A stretch of 64,000 nucleotides of DNA, taken from positions 3,177 to 67,176 of the forward strand of contig JBGAUT010000004.1 of NCBI GenBank assembly GCA_044228505.1, in the 5' to 3' direction. The notes beneath the pieces are model-generated. The model searched no databases, had not been told where the DNA came from, and saw only the letters and a list, made by a program, of their open reading frames with translations. Positions 33,422-45,573 of this stretch are shown here, piece by piece. Each line of letters begins with the position of its first letter. The stretch's first letter is position 1. This stretch comes from Polyangia bacterium. GTDB taxonomy: Bacteria > Myxococcota_A > Polyangia > Palsa-1104 > JAEUJZ01. A program made the position numbers and the translations under genes.

Positions 33422-34219
33422 ATGGAGTCGACCATGACCGACTGGCTGTATCGCACCCCCCACGCCTTCCCAAGCAAGAAGCTGTTCCGCCTGGGCCTCG
33501 CCTGCAACTACGGCATCGATGAAGCCGGTGTCCGCGTCGCCATGGACCGGGGCGTCAACTTCTTCCTGTGGACGATGAAGAACAAGCCGTTCCGCAGCCC
33601 GCTCGCCGAGGCCATCTCAAGCCGCCGCGACAGCGTGTCGATCATCGGCTACGCCAACCTCGGCTGGTTCGGCTGGGGCGTTCGCTCCGGGGCGGAAAAG
33701 CTGCTCAAGGAGCTCAAGACCGACTACCTGGACACCTACTTGCTCGGCTGGCTCGGCATCACCTCGGCGTGGACTTCATCGACCGAAAAGGAACTGGTCC
33801 ACCTGCGTGAGAGCGGCAAGGTCCGCGCCATCGGCTGCTCGATCCACAACCGTGAGCGCGCCGGACAGCTCGCCGCGACCTCACCGCTCGACCTGCTGAT
33901 GATCCGCTACAACGCCGCCCACCCCGGTGCCGAGCGCGACATCTTCCCGCACCGCCGCGAAACCAAGCCGACCATCCTTGCCTACACCGCCACCCGCTGG
34001 GGCAAGCTCCTAAAGCGACCGAAAGGCTGGGAAGGCCAAGTGATGACTGCCGGCGACTGCTACCGCTTCCAGCTCTCGAATCCCCACGTCGACCTCGCCC
34101 TGACCGGCCCCGCGAGCCGCGCCGAGCTAGAACAAAACCTCGACGCCCTGCAAAAAGGCCCCCTCACCCCCGAAGAAGACAAATGGATGCGAGACTTCGG
34201 CAAAAAGGTGCATGGGTAG
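33422..34219 (+). CDS. Aldo/keto reductase family oxidoreductase
   Basis: N-terminal GLACNYGIDEAGVRVAMDRGVNFF, and RAIGCS..N segments consistent with the AKR TIM barrel. Moderate resemblance only. Confidence 0.55.
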   Translation: MESTMTDWLYRTPHAFPSKKLFRLGLACNYGIDEAGVRVAMDRGVNFFLWTMKNKPFRSPLAEAISSRRDSVSIIGYANLGWFGWGVRSGAEKLLKELKTDYLDTYLLGWLGITSAWTSSTEKELVHLRESGKVRAIGCSIHNRERAGQLAATSPLDLLMIRYNAAHPGAERDIFPHRRETKPTILAYTATRWGKLLKRPKGWEGQVMTAGDCYRFQLSNPHVDLALTGPASRAELEQNLDALQKGPLTPEEDKWMRDFGKKVHG

Positions 34220-34229
34220 GGGGGTTCCC

Positions 34230-34853
34230 TTACCTCGACCGTTTGCCCTTCTTTGCGGTCTTCTTGCTGGTCGAACGGAAGGTATCGTCCACTCGCAGCG
34301 GCAGACCGCTCTGGATGGCCGTTTCGTGATCAAACAAAAAGACCTCGCAATACTCCCGAATACCAAGCAGCTCGCACTGTCCTTTGATCTTGTTGCGCAG
34401 TCGGTCTTGCAAAGGCCCAGCCGATAACAAAAAGCTCTGCAGCTCGTCCGTCTTCACCACAAAAGCCAGCTTGAGCCTTCGTTCTTGCGAAGGGAGCTGT
34501 CTACACACGGATGGCAGATCTGGTTCCAGCAGCGCCTTCTTCGGCAGATGATGCCAGACCGAACCGAGCACCAGCAGACAGTCCTTCGCTTTGTCGACAA
34601 ATTCCCGGTCCAGGTAATCCAGGTAATCGACGAACTGCCGCTTCTGCCGATCAGACGCTCCGCCGGTTTCAGAATAGTCTTTCAGTTCGATCAGCCACAG
34701 GATGTTGCGTTTGCGATCGAACCAACCGAAGTCCAGCTCATGAACGCCAAAATTCTTAAGCGACTTAAAACCGGCGCAGTCTTCCAGTCGAAACCAATCA
34801 CTGGTCGGCGGCTCAAAGCGCAGCCCTGATTCCAAAATCGAAGTGACAGCCAT
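34230..34853 (-). CDS. Hypothetical protein with PD-(D/E)xK-like nuclease signature. Candidate effector of a two-gene defense module.
   Basis: HELDFGWFD followed 10 aa later by ILWLIELKDY (D...hh-E-x-K). Acidic DYLDYLD segment. Basic C-tail. Lower GC than flanks. Starts 6 nt after the ATPase stop. Confidence 0.5.
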   Translation of the reverse strand: MAVTSILESGLRFEPPTSDWFRLEDCAGFKSLKNFGVHELDFGWFDRKRNILWLIELKDYSETGGASDRQKRQFVDYLDYLDREFVDKAKDCLLVLGSVWHHLPKKALLEPDLPSVCRQLPSQERRLKLAFVVKTDELQSFLLSAGPLQDRLRNKIKGQCELLGIREYCEVFLFDHETAIQSGLPLRVDDTFRSTSKKTAKKGKRSR

Positions 34854-34859
34854 GGTCGT

Positions 34860-35888
34860 CTACCGTTCCAGGTCAAGAGACACTTCACGCTGGTATAGCG
34901 CAATGGACTCATCAATGATCGGATTGTCTGGCATCCCATCCAGGAGGTCGAAGAAGTCGGAACGCACGGTCGTGCCGTCTCGGGTGAGCGAACAAAACGC
35001 GACCGAGGCTTTGCGCTGTTTGGCCAAGATATGCAATTGCTTGATTGCAAAATAGCTATGTGTTGCCAGATAGATCTGAACCCCAGCGCGGCTCAAGTCC
35101 ATCAGCATCGTCATCAATTTAACAATATAATCGGGATGTAAGTTGGTTTCCGGCTCATCCAAAAATAGGATCGAGTCTTTGCTGAGTGTCCGATTGCGTA
35201 TCAGCGTAGTCAGGATACCTAGCTTTTTGATACCTTCCGCAGTCTGCGGCATGGTGAAGGTCTGGCCACTTCTCTGAAAGCGAAACTGACCATCCGACTT
35301 GCTCTTGGCAATTTCGCCACCAAAGAGTAGCTCCAGCGACTTCAGAACTCGCTTTAGATTGGCTTCGATGTTGCCTTTGGTGGTTGGCAGTCGCAGCGCA
35401 CAGATCAAATCATAGTAGGTATCATCGAACCCAAAGATCTCCAGCGTCTCGCGGGTGGCTTCGATCGCTTCAAACGCGGTAAGCAGTTCCTTAGGTGGAA
35501 TAAAAATAGCGCTAAGTGCTTCTTGTGGCGCGGCGTCTTCAGTGGCAGTCGTGACTTTTTGATTCGCGGTGCTACCGTAGCTAAATAGATAGTTGTCTCC
35601 GTGTAGCGTACAGTCCACTTGGGTACGCTTTTCACCCCGGTGAACCAGCTCACCGATCGATTCGGTCTGAAACGTCCAGATCAGCTTGTTCGCAAGCACT
35701 TCCCGCCACGCCACCTTGGGCCTTCTCTTCGAGAACTCTTCGACGCTCTTGGCTAGGCAATAGAGCAGCTTCAGTAGATGACTCTTGCCGGTGTCGTTCC
35801 GACCCACGATGACGTTGATCTGCCCGTGGTGCTTCCAGTGGAAGCTCTCGAATAATGCAAAGTTCTTGATGACGAGGTTCGAGAACAT
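34860..35888 (-). CDS. Compact ABC/SMC-type ATPase (AAA_21/AAA_15-like). Candidate sensor/motor of a defense module.
   Basis: SMC/RecF-like N-terminal strand LVIKNFALFESF, Walker A GRNDTGKSHLL, Walker B/D-loop ILFLDEPETNLHP and H-loop LATHS. AT-rich codon usage atypical for this genome. Confidence 0.75.
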   Translation of the reverse strand: MFSNLVIKNFALFESFHWKHHGQINVIVGRNDTGKSHLLKLLYCLAKSVEEFSKRRPKVAWREVLANKLIWTFQTESIGELVHRGEKRTQVDCTLHGDNYLFSYGSTANQKVTTATEDAAPQEALSAIFIPPKELLTAFEAIEATRETLEIFGFDDTYYDLICALRLPTTKGNIEANLKRVLKSLELLFGGEIAKSKSDGQFRFQRSGQTFTMPQTAEGIKKLGILTTLIRNRTLSKDSILFLDEPETNLHPDYIVKLMTMLMDLSRAGVQIYLATHSYFAIKQLHILAKQRKASVAFCSLTRDGTTVRSDFFDLLDGMPDNPIIDESIALYQREVSLDLER

Positions 35889-35989
35889 TGCGCGGCAGCA
35901 TAGTCACGAGGCCCTCAGATTGCGAGCCTAGAAGCGTCGACCCTGGACCGTACGGTCCGCGTCACCCAGCAAGCCCCAACTCATCCCCA

Positions 35990-36199
35990 CCGCAAACCTC
36001 TTTGCGACCGGGATGATCCAGGTCTTCCCTGCCGCAAACCTCTTTGCGCCTGGGATGATCCAGGTCTTCCCTGCCGCAAGCTCCTTTGCGATCGGGATGA
36101 TCTAGGTCTTCCCTGCCGCAAACCTCTTTGCGCCTGGGATGATCCAGGTCTTTGCTGTCGCAAACTGCTTGGCGATCGGGATGGTCGGCGTCTTTTTTT
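35990..36199. repeat. Tandem direct repeats, 42-bp unit x about 4.5 copies, each containing the hairpin cgcaaaCCTCtttgcg. Intergenic, upstream of the ATPase gene.
   Basis: Units at 35990-36031, 36032-36073, 36074-36115, 36116-36157 and a degenerate 36158-36199. Unit ccgcaaacctctttgcgNNNgggatgatccaggtcttccctg. No unique spacers. Confidence 0.85.
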
Positions 36200-36244
36200 C
36201 TTATTTGACTTGTCGCTTGTGGATCGGCTGCTACCCCTACTGAC

Positions 36245-37087
36245 ATGACCAAAAAACCTACTAGCAAGTCTGCATCCCCCAAGACCCCCCACCCGACCAC
36301 ACCGGCGGACCCGCCGCCCTCGCTCAAGAACAGCTTCGACGCGTTTTTGGCCGAAGCGAACCTGCTGCCCAAAGAAAAGGTGGTGCCGCTCAAAGTCGAC
36401 GTGAACCTGGTATTTGCCAACGTCCAGCAGGGAATCCTGTCGGTGCAGCCGCAGCTGACCCGCTTGCGCAGCGAGCTGCCGATGCTACATGTCGACGGGC
36501 TGATGAAGCTGCCCAGGCTGGCTGAGGCGCTGCTCTATGCCCATGGCGAGGCGATCCGCCACAGCCAGCCGGTGAAGCGCGCCGAGATGGAGGCCAAGCT
36601 CGTCGAGCTTCAGTCCCTGCGCGAAAGCATGCTGCTGCAAGCCGAGGTGTTTGCCTTGGTGGGCCTTGTCCCCGAAGCCCGCGTCGCCCAGATTCGGGCG
36701 GGGAAGGGCCTGTTCGACGCTGCCCAGGATGGGGTGGCGCTGGCGGATTTGTATGGGGCGTATCGGGGGCAGATTGCGGGGAAGCATCCGTTTTCGGACG
36801 CGCAGATTGCGCGGGTGGCAGAGCTTGGGCATGCCCTGATGAAGGTGATTACGCCGGAGGGGGCGCGGGCTTCGGTCAGCTCTGCGGCGGTGAAGGCGAT
36901 GGACGAGCGCGACCGCATCTACTCGCTGCTCCTGCTGCGTCACGGGGAGCTGCGGCGGGCGGGCTATTACTTGTTCGGCGATGAGATCGACGAAAAAGTC
37001 CCGACGCTCGGGGCCCGTGCCGGCAAGCGCCGCGAGCCCGAAGCGCCCCTGCCTGCTCCCGCCGCCCCCGAACACCCCGCACCGTAA
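36245..37087 (+). CDS. Hypothetical protein with Pro/Thr/Lys-rich N-terminus
   Basis: 280-aa ORF with normal codon bias. No recognisable domain. 92 nt upstream of MoxR. Confidence 0.45.
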   Translation: MTKKPTSKSASPKTPHPTTPADPPPSLKNSFDAFLAEANLLPKEKVVPLKVDVNLVFANVQQGILSVQPQLTRLRSELPMLHVDGLMKLPRLAEALLYAHGEAIRHSQPVKRAEMEAKLVELQSLRESMLLQAEVFALVGLVPEARVAQIRAGKGLFDAAQDGVALADLYGAYRGQIAGKHPFSDAQIARVAELGHALMKVITPEGARASVSSAAVKAMDERDRIYSLLLLRHGELRRAGYYLFGDEIDEKVPTLGARAGKRREPEAPLPAPAAPEHPAP

Positions 37088-37179
37088 CGGCCACGACTGG
37101 TACGTGAGCACTGGCCCGACCGAGTCAACGACGCAGATTGGCGTAGGGACGGATTGGGGTACTGTGGCACAATGCGCCT

Positions 37180-38301
<1,122 letters not shown>

Positions 38302-38310
38302 TTTTCGACG

Positions 38311-39270
38311 ATGACGTCCCGGCTGCTTGATCTGCCTTCGCTGCTTCGGCTTCAAAGCCTCCAGCTACGGGCGCGCCTTGTCGCCGAGGGCGCGCTCCAG
38401 GGTCTGCATCGGGCCGCCCATCACGGCTCTTCCGTCGAGTTCGCCGAGCACAAAGAGTACGCACCCGGCGACGAGCTACGCCACATCGACTGGCGGGCCT
38501 GGGGCCGAATCGACAAGTACTACGTCAAGCGCTACGAGGAAGAGGCCGAGGTCCGTGCCTACATTGTCGTCGATAGCTCTGGTTCGATGGGCTATGGCAG
38601 GCAGGATCAACTGACCAAGCTCGACTTTGCGCGGCTTTTGGCGGCAGCGCTGGCCTATCTGCTGCTGCGGCAACACGACTCGTCGGGGGTGCTGATCGCC
38701 AGGGAAAACGGGCCGCTGTACATTCCGCCCCGAGCGGGACCGGCGCACTTGGGCGACCTGTGTCGAGCGCTGGAAGAGACGCAGGCGGACGGACGGGCCG
38801 AGCTGGGCGATGCCCTCCAGCTCTTGTCGGAGACGATCCGGCGACGGTCGCTGATTGTGGTGCTGTCGGATCTGCTGCCGCCACCGCCGCTCAGCGAGAC
38901 GACCGACTACAGCGAATACCTACGGCGGCATTCGGCCCTGTTGCGGGCCAAGCTGGTCAGCCTGCGGGCCCAAAAGCACGACGTGATCGTGCTGCAAATC
39001 CTCGATGCCGATGAGCTGGAGCTGCCCTGGTCGAGCCTGACCTGGTTCGAGGAAGTCGAACCGACGCTGGCCGGTCACGAGCGGCTGTTTGTCGATCCCG
39101 GAGACGTCCGCAAAGCCTACCTGACCGAGCTGGAGCAGTTTCTGACCGAGACCCGGCGCGGCCTGCGCGAAGGCGATGTCGAGTACTCGCTGGTCCAGTC
39201 GTCGCGCTCGCCCGAGAGCGTACTGCTCGACATCCTGCGCGGGCCGATGCGCCAGCGGGTGCGGAGGTAA
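38311..39270 (+). CDS. DUF58 (vWA-like) protein, MoxR partner
   Basis: HHGSSVEFAEHKEYAPGDELRHIDWRAWGR motif, and VVDSSGSM MIDAS-like. Confidence 0.8.
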   Translation: MTSRLLDLPSLLRLQSLQLRARLVAEGALQGLHRAAHHGSSVEFAEHKEYAPGDELRHIDWRAWGRIDKYYVKRYEEEAEVRAYIVVDSSGSMGYGRQDQLTKLDFARLLAAALAYLLLRQHDSSGVLIARENGPLYIPPRAGPAHLGDLCRALEETQADGRAELGDALQLLSETIRRRSLIVVLSDLLPPPPLSETTDYSEYLRRHSALLRAKLVSLRAQKHDVIVLQILDADELELPWSSLTWFEEVEPTLAGHERLFVDPGDVRKAYLTELEQFLTETRRGLREGDVEYSLVQSSRSPESVLLDILRGPMRQRVRR

Positions 39271-39273
39271 GCC

Positions 39274-41481
39274 GTGCATCTGCTGTCACCGGCGTACGCG
39301 GTCTTTTTGGTCCTGGGCATCTTGCCGGTGCTCATCCACCTGCATGGCCGACGGCGGGCCCAAGTGCGCAAGCTGCCGACGCTGCTGCTCTTGCGAGCGA
39401 GCAACCGGCGAGTGGCCCAGCGGACCCGACTGCGGCACGTGCTGCTGCTTTTGCTCCGGGTGCTGCTGCTGATGGCGATTCCGTTTCTGCTGGCGCGACC
39501 GTTTGCGGAGACCGACTCGGATCTGCCGGTGCAAGTCAGCCAGACCCAGCGAGCGGTGCTGATCTTCGATGACAGCTTGTCGATGATGTATCAGCCGAAC
39601 AGCGACGCCAAGCTGGGGGGAGCGATCCTGTTTGAGCGTGGTCGCAAGCTGGCGAGCCGCATCATCGACGCGCTGCCGCAAGGCGCGGAAGCGGCGCTGA
39701 TCTTGGGTTCGCGGGCGAGCGAGACCCCGGTCGGGGACTTGACCTCGGACCGAACCCGGCTGTATTCGGCGATCTCGGCGCTGCGGCCCACCTATCGATC
39801 GACGGACTTGCCCTCGGCGTTTAAGCGGGCCACCCAGATCCTGTCCACGCACCGAGGCAGCCTCAAGCGCATCTACGTCATTGGCGACACCTCGGCCCAC
39901 TCGCTAGACGGGTCGATTCATCCACCGGCGGAGACCGAAGTGTCGCTGGTCGATGTCCGGGACGGCAAGTCGCTGCCCAACTGCGCGGTGGTCGACCTGC
40001 GCGCCGAGCCTGCCGCCAGCATGGGCCCACGGGCGGTGCGGGTGATGGCCGAGCTGCACAACTTTGGCGAGGAGCCCGTCAAAGAGCTTCAGGTCACGCT
40101 GCTCGTGGACGGTCAGGCGGTGGCCAAGGGACTGGTCGATTTGCAGCCTCGCGGTCAGGCCATCAAGCGCTTTATCCACATCTTGCAGCCGACCCAGACC
40201 CCGACGCAGACCCCAGGTACGAGCGAGCCGCTGACCGCACCCAGCGCGGGCCTGCATCACCTGGCGGTGCGGCTGTCGCCCGATGCCCTGATCGCCGACA
40301 ACGAGCGCCACCTGCGGGTCGATGTCCAGGCGGTGCTGCGGGTGCTGGTGCTGGATGGCGACCCGCGCAACCTGCGTCGCGATGACGAGGCGTACTACCT
40401 AGAAATGGCGCTGCGTCCAAGTGAAAGGGACGACTCGCAGCTTCAGCTTGTGACCCGCTCTCTCGATGAGGGACTCGGCAGCCTGGCGGAGTTTGACGCG
40501 GTGGTGCTGCTCAACGCCAAGGCCCAAGAGCTGTCCCGACGGGGCATCGAGCGCGGACTCCACGAATACGTCAAGAGCGGCGGCGGGCTGCTGATTGGCC
40601 TGGGCGATAACGTCGATGTCGAAGCCTATAACCGGGTGCTGGCCGAGCTTTTGCCGCAGCCGCTGGCGGTGATCAAGACCGCCGGGGCCCTGCCCAGTCA
40701 CGGGTCGGGCGAAAGCGAGTCCTCGACCCAAGGTCCGGGAGAACATCTCGGCCAGCTCGATCGCCGTCATCCGCTGCTTCAGCCGTTCCTAAGCGGTCGC
40801 TCGAGCGAGTCCCTGCTGTCGGCATCGTTTGCGCGCTATCTACTGCTCCAGCCCACGCCGCACAGCCAGGGCGAAACCACGGTGATCCTGTCGTTCGAAA
40901 GCGGTGCCCCGGCGCTGACCGAGCGGACGGTGGGACGGGGACGGGTGCTGCTGTTTACCTCGACGCTCGACCGGGACTGGAACGATCTGCCGATTCAGCC
41001 CGCGTTTTTGCCCTTGGTGCAGCAGATCGTCCGCCACCTGTCGCGCTCCCCGCTTCAGAAGCCCGAGAGCGACACCCTCATCGGCCAGACCCGCGACATC
41101 AAGCTCCAGCCCGGCGACACCCGCGTCGAAGTCACGTTGCCGTCCGGAAAGACTCGCCTGTTCGAGCGGCTCCAAGGACGCAAGCTGCTGAGCTTTACGG
41201 AGAGCCGCGAGCCGGGCTTTTACCGAGTGGCGACTGCGGGCGATACCGGGGTTCTGAAGGCCCGTCCGAGCGAGCACTTTGTGGTGAACATCGACCCGAT
41301 CGAGTCGGACTTGCAGCTCGCTCCGGCGTCTCGGCTGGCGGCGCTACAGAGGCCGCTGATCCAGAACGAGACTTCGCCCAGCGGCAAAAACCCCCGTAGG
41401 CGGGTCGAGCTGTGGCATGCCTTGGGCTGGGTGCTGATCCTGCTACTGCTTGGGGAATCGCTGCTGCTTCGCCAAAAATAG
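39274..41481 (+). CDS. BatA-like membrane protein (N-terminal double-TM, vWA-like domain, C-terminal TM)
   Basis: N-terminal two TM helices, LIFDDSLSM vWA-like core, terminal TM LWHALGWVLILLLLGESLLL. Typical Bat-operon context after MoxR/DUF58. Confidence 0.7.
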   Translation: MHLLSPAYAVFLVLGILPVLIHLHGRRRAQVRKLPTLLLLRASNRRVAQRTRLRHVLLLLLRVLLLMAIPFLLARPFAETDSDLPVQVSQTQRAVLIFDDSLSMMYQPNSDAKLGGAILFERGRKLASRIIDALPQGAEAALILGSRASETPVGDLTSDRTRLYSAISALRPTYRSTDLPSAFKRATQILSTHRGSLKRIYVIGDTSAHSLDGSIHPPAETEVSLVDVRDGKSLPNCAVVDLRAEPAASMGPRAVRVMAELHNFGEEPVKELQVTLLVDGQAVAKGLVDLQPRGQAIKRFIHILQPTQTPTQTPGTSEPLTAPSAGLHHLAVRLSPDALIADNERHLRVDVQAVLRVLVLDGDPRNLRRDDEAYYLEMALRPSERDDSQLQLVTRSLDEGLGSLAEFDAVVLLNAKAQELSRRGIERGLHEYVKSGGGLLIGLGDNVDVEAYNRVLAELLPQPLAVIKTAGALPSHGSGESESSTQGPGEHLGQLDRRHPLLQPFLSGRSSESLLSASFARYLLLQPTPHSQGETTVILSFESGAPALTERTVGRGRVLLFTSTLDRDWNDLPIQPAFLPLVQQIVRHLSRSPLQKPESDTLIGQTRDIKLQPGDTRVEVTLPSGKTRLFERLQGRKLLSFTESREPGFYRVATAGDTGVLKARPSEHFVVNIDPIESDLQLAPASRLAALQRPLIQNETSPSGKNPRRRVELWHALGWVLILLLLGESLLLRQK

Positions 41482-41513
41482 GCTGCTCTTTGCACGAAAG
41501 GAACGAAACCCAG

Positions 41514-43000
<1,487 letters not shown>

Positions 43001-43004
<4 letters not shown>

Positions 43005-44089
43005 TCCCCGAGCAAGCGCAAAAGGTACGCCTCGTAGATGGGGTTGCTGATCTCGACCCGTTGCCCGGTATCGGACGGAGTGAGCAGGCCACTATCGAGC
43101 AGGTACGACTGCACCTCATCGGCCCGACTCAGGGCAACCTCTTCACCACCGAGAAGTCTTAGCAACAGCTCCTCGGCTTCTTTGCGCCCGTTTACGACAT
43201 CCCCGACGGAAAGCAAGTGAACGCAGTCTTCGCCAAGGAGCTGCTCGGCGATCGCCCGGATCTGCTGCGCGGTCGGCGATGAGACGGCCAGGTTGGTTTC
43301 GGGACTGCGGCGCGGACTGCCAAGCTGCTCGTCGAGCTGATAGAGGATCCGGCTCACCAGCCATGGCTGCCCCCGCGTCCTTTGCCACAGCTCGTCCCGC
43401 GCCTCGCGAGTCAGGACCACCCCACTTTCCGTCGCATAGTCCTTGAGCAGCAGGTCCACTTCGTGGGGCGACAGACCGGGCAGCGCCACCGGCAACCCGA
43501 CATTCCACAGCGAGCCGCTGCCTCGCGTCTCATCCCCGGTGGGGCGCAGCTCGTCGCGGAGGTCACGGACATGGGTCTTTCCGCACAGCAAGACCGCATG
43601 CACAAACGGACGGCTATCGTCTGCCAAGGACAACGCCGAGCGAAAGCTGCGCAGGATCGAAATCGTCAGCTTGCGGGGCGGGGCGTCGTACTCGTCGAGC
43701 ATCAGGACCAGCGGCTTGCCAAGACGCTTCTGAACCTCACCCAGATACAGGCAGAACGACAGCGACTGGGGCTCGGTCGGGTTCCACTTGGGCAGGCTCG
43801 GCAGCGGATACGCGGCGTGGAGCGTACCCTCGATGTGACGGAACAGCCCGAGCAGCGACTGGTCCTCGGCGACTTGCAGCGAGCACAGCCCCACCGCCAA
43901 GCCCTCTTTCCGCAGCGCGGTCGCAAGCTCGCGCAAAAAGGTGGTCTTGCCGGACTGCCGCCCGCGATGAATGAGCAGCGATTCGCCGCGCACAAGTGAG
44001 GCCAGCGGTCGCGCAAGCCGCGACGACCAGTCGACCATGAAGTCCCGCCCCGACACGCAGGGCCCAGTGATGTGAAAGCGACGAGTCAT
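43001..44089 (-). CDS. P-loop ATPase of unknown function (Arch_ATPase/AAA_14-like)
   Basis: Walker A GRQSGKTTFL and Walker B LVLMLDEYD, with a C-terminal helical domain. Confidence 0.5.
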
Positions 44090-44170
44090 AGAGAAATTGT
44101 GAGCCAGTTTACTCCATGACGCGGCTCGGATGAACCGTGGGATGCGGTCGGAGCGGGCGCAAACGGGCGA

Positions 44171-45481
44171 TTAGTGGGAAGTGAGCGGCTGGCTGCCAAT
44201 GCGAGCGGTCCCCTGCGGCGTGGCGTCTTTGGTGAGAACCACATCCACCGGCTGGCCGTCGTCGTACTCGGGCGGACTGATCACCCGAGGGCGGTCTGCC
44301 AGATGGGCGAGCGGTCCAGGCCGAGCAGCCACCGAAGCCCCCGGCGGAACCTTGTGGATGGCAGCGCGCACTGAATCTGCCTCGGGGTCCGGTACAAACA
44401 GTGCGGCGGAGTAGCGACTGCTAGAGACCGCCAGCGGTGAACCTCCGTGCAGCACATGCGCAGCCGCCGTCAGCAGGAGCAGCGCCACGCTCGGCCCAAG
44501 CACAAGGAGCCTTGGGGGGTGCGACCGGATGATCGTCACAAGCCGCGACAGGCCAACCACCGCCGCCATCACCAAAAACGGCACCATCGCGGTGGTGTAG
44601 TGCGACTCGATGCTGCGCACGCGGGGAAAGGACGACAAAAAGTTGATCCCAAGGATCGGGAGCGCTCCCACGGCAAAGCGCGGACCAAGGAGCGGGAGCA
44701 GACCGAGCGGCCACAGTAGCTCGACGACGTAGCGCAGCCGTTCGAAGGTCAGCCACTGCATCGCAAAGCGCAAGGGATGACGAAGCAGTAGCAGCAGCAG
44801 ATCGCGACCCGAGCTGACCTTCTGACCGCCGCCTGCGAAGTGCAGGCCGTACGAGCCAAGCCTGGGCAAATGGTGCGGCTGGATCGCGACGATGTAGACG
44901 CCAAAGTAGGCAATCAGCAGAGCCGCGATGAAGGCCAGCCACACCCGCTGCTGGGGACGATGAAGCGCAAACGCCCCAAGCACCAGCGCGAGCTGCAACG
45001 CGATGTCTTCTCGGCAGCCGAGCGCCAGTCCCCCCCACAGCAGCGCCCGTCGCCACGCCCCTTCATCCATCGCATCGAGCCAGGCCCCTAGCAGCGGTAG
45101 CGCCACCGTGACCGGATGGAAGTCATGCAGCGTGGCCACCGTCACCGTTGGATAGAGCAGGCTCGCCGCCGCCATCAGCAGCGCCGGCGTGTCGCTATCG
45201 AGATACCGCCGCGTGAGCCGATAGACCGGCCAGGGCAAGAGCGCCACCGCCACCGCTTGTACCACCAAAAGCAGCGGCGCAATCGGGACGCCCAGCCTTG
45301 TCAGCGCCGCCAGCGGCAGCAGAATCGGCTCTAGGTGCAGACCGATGAGGTGTGGTGCCTGGACCAGCGGCACGTCGTACTGACCGTGCGCAAGCCCCCA
45401 GACAATCCGCACGTAGTACGAAAGATCGATCTGCGCGTGAAACGAGTAATAGCGAGCAAGCGACAGCCCGGCGTAGGCCAT
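44171..45481 (-). CDS. Polytopic integral membrane protein (DUF2079-like). Start re-called to avoid the overlap with rho; the exact start is uncertain.
   Basis: At least 10 predicted TM helices. The ORF-track N-terminus overlaps the rho coding region by about 190 nt, so the first in-frame Met after rho was used. Confidence 0.5.
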   Translation of the reverse strand: MAYAGLSLARYYSFHAQIDLSYYVRIVWGLAHGQYDVPLVQAPHLIGLHLEPILLPLAALTRLGVPIAPLLLVVQAVAVALLPWPVYRLTRRYLDSDTPALLMAAASLLYPTVTVATLHDFHPVTVALPLLGAWLDAMDEGAWRRALLWGGLALGCREDIALQLALVLGAFALHRPQQRVWLAFIAALLIAYFGVYIVAIQPHHLPRLGSYGLHFAGGGQKVSSGRDLLLLLLRHPLRFAMQWLTFERLRYVVELLWPLGLLPLLGPRFAVGALPILGINFLSSFPRVRSIESHYTTAMVPFLVMAAVVGLSRLVTIIRSHPPRLLVLGPSVALLLLTAAAHVLHGGSPLAVSSSRYSAALFVPDPEADSVRAAIHKVPPGASVAARPGPLAHLADRPRVISPPEYDDGQPVDVVLTKDATPQGTARIGSQPLTSH

Positions 45482-45573
45482 CGCGTACGCCAAGCAGATG
45501 ATTCGCAGAAGGAGGCCCGGACGGACCAAGGGGTGTTTCCGAGGAAAGTGAGGAGCGAGCAGGGTCTTTGGTA

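Noticed and set aside
35990-36199. Possible CRISPR array
   Set aside because: Whole 42-bp units repeat head-to-tail with no unique spacer sequences, and no cas genes were recognised in the window. It is a minisatellite-like tandem repeat, not CRISPR.
35962-36420. 152-aa minus-strand ORF with repeated DLDHPRRKEVCGRE peptide units
   Set aside because: Its repeat is simply the translation of the 42-bp DNA tandem repeat. It overlaps the start of the plus-strand gene at 36245 and has no start context. It is treated as an artefact of the repeat array.
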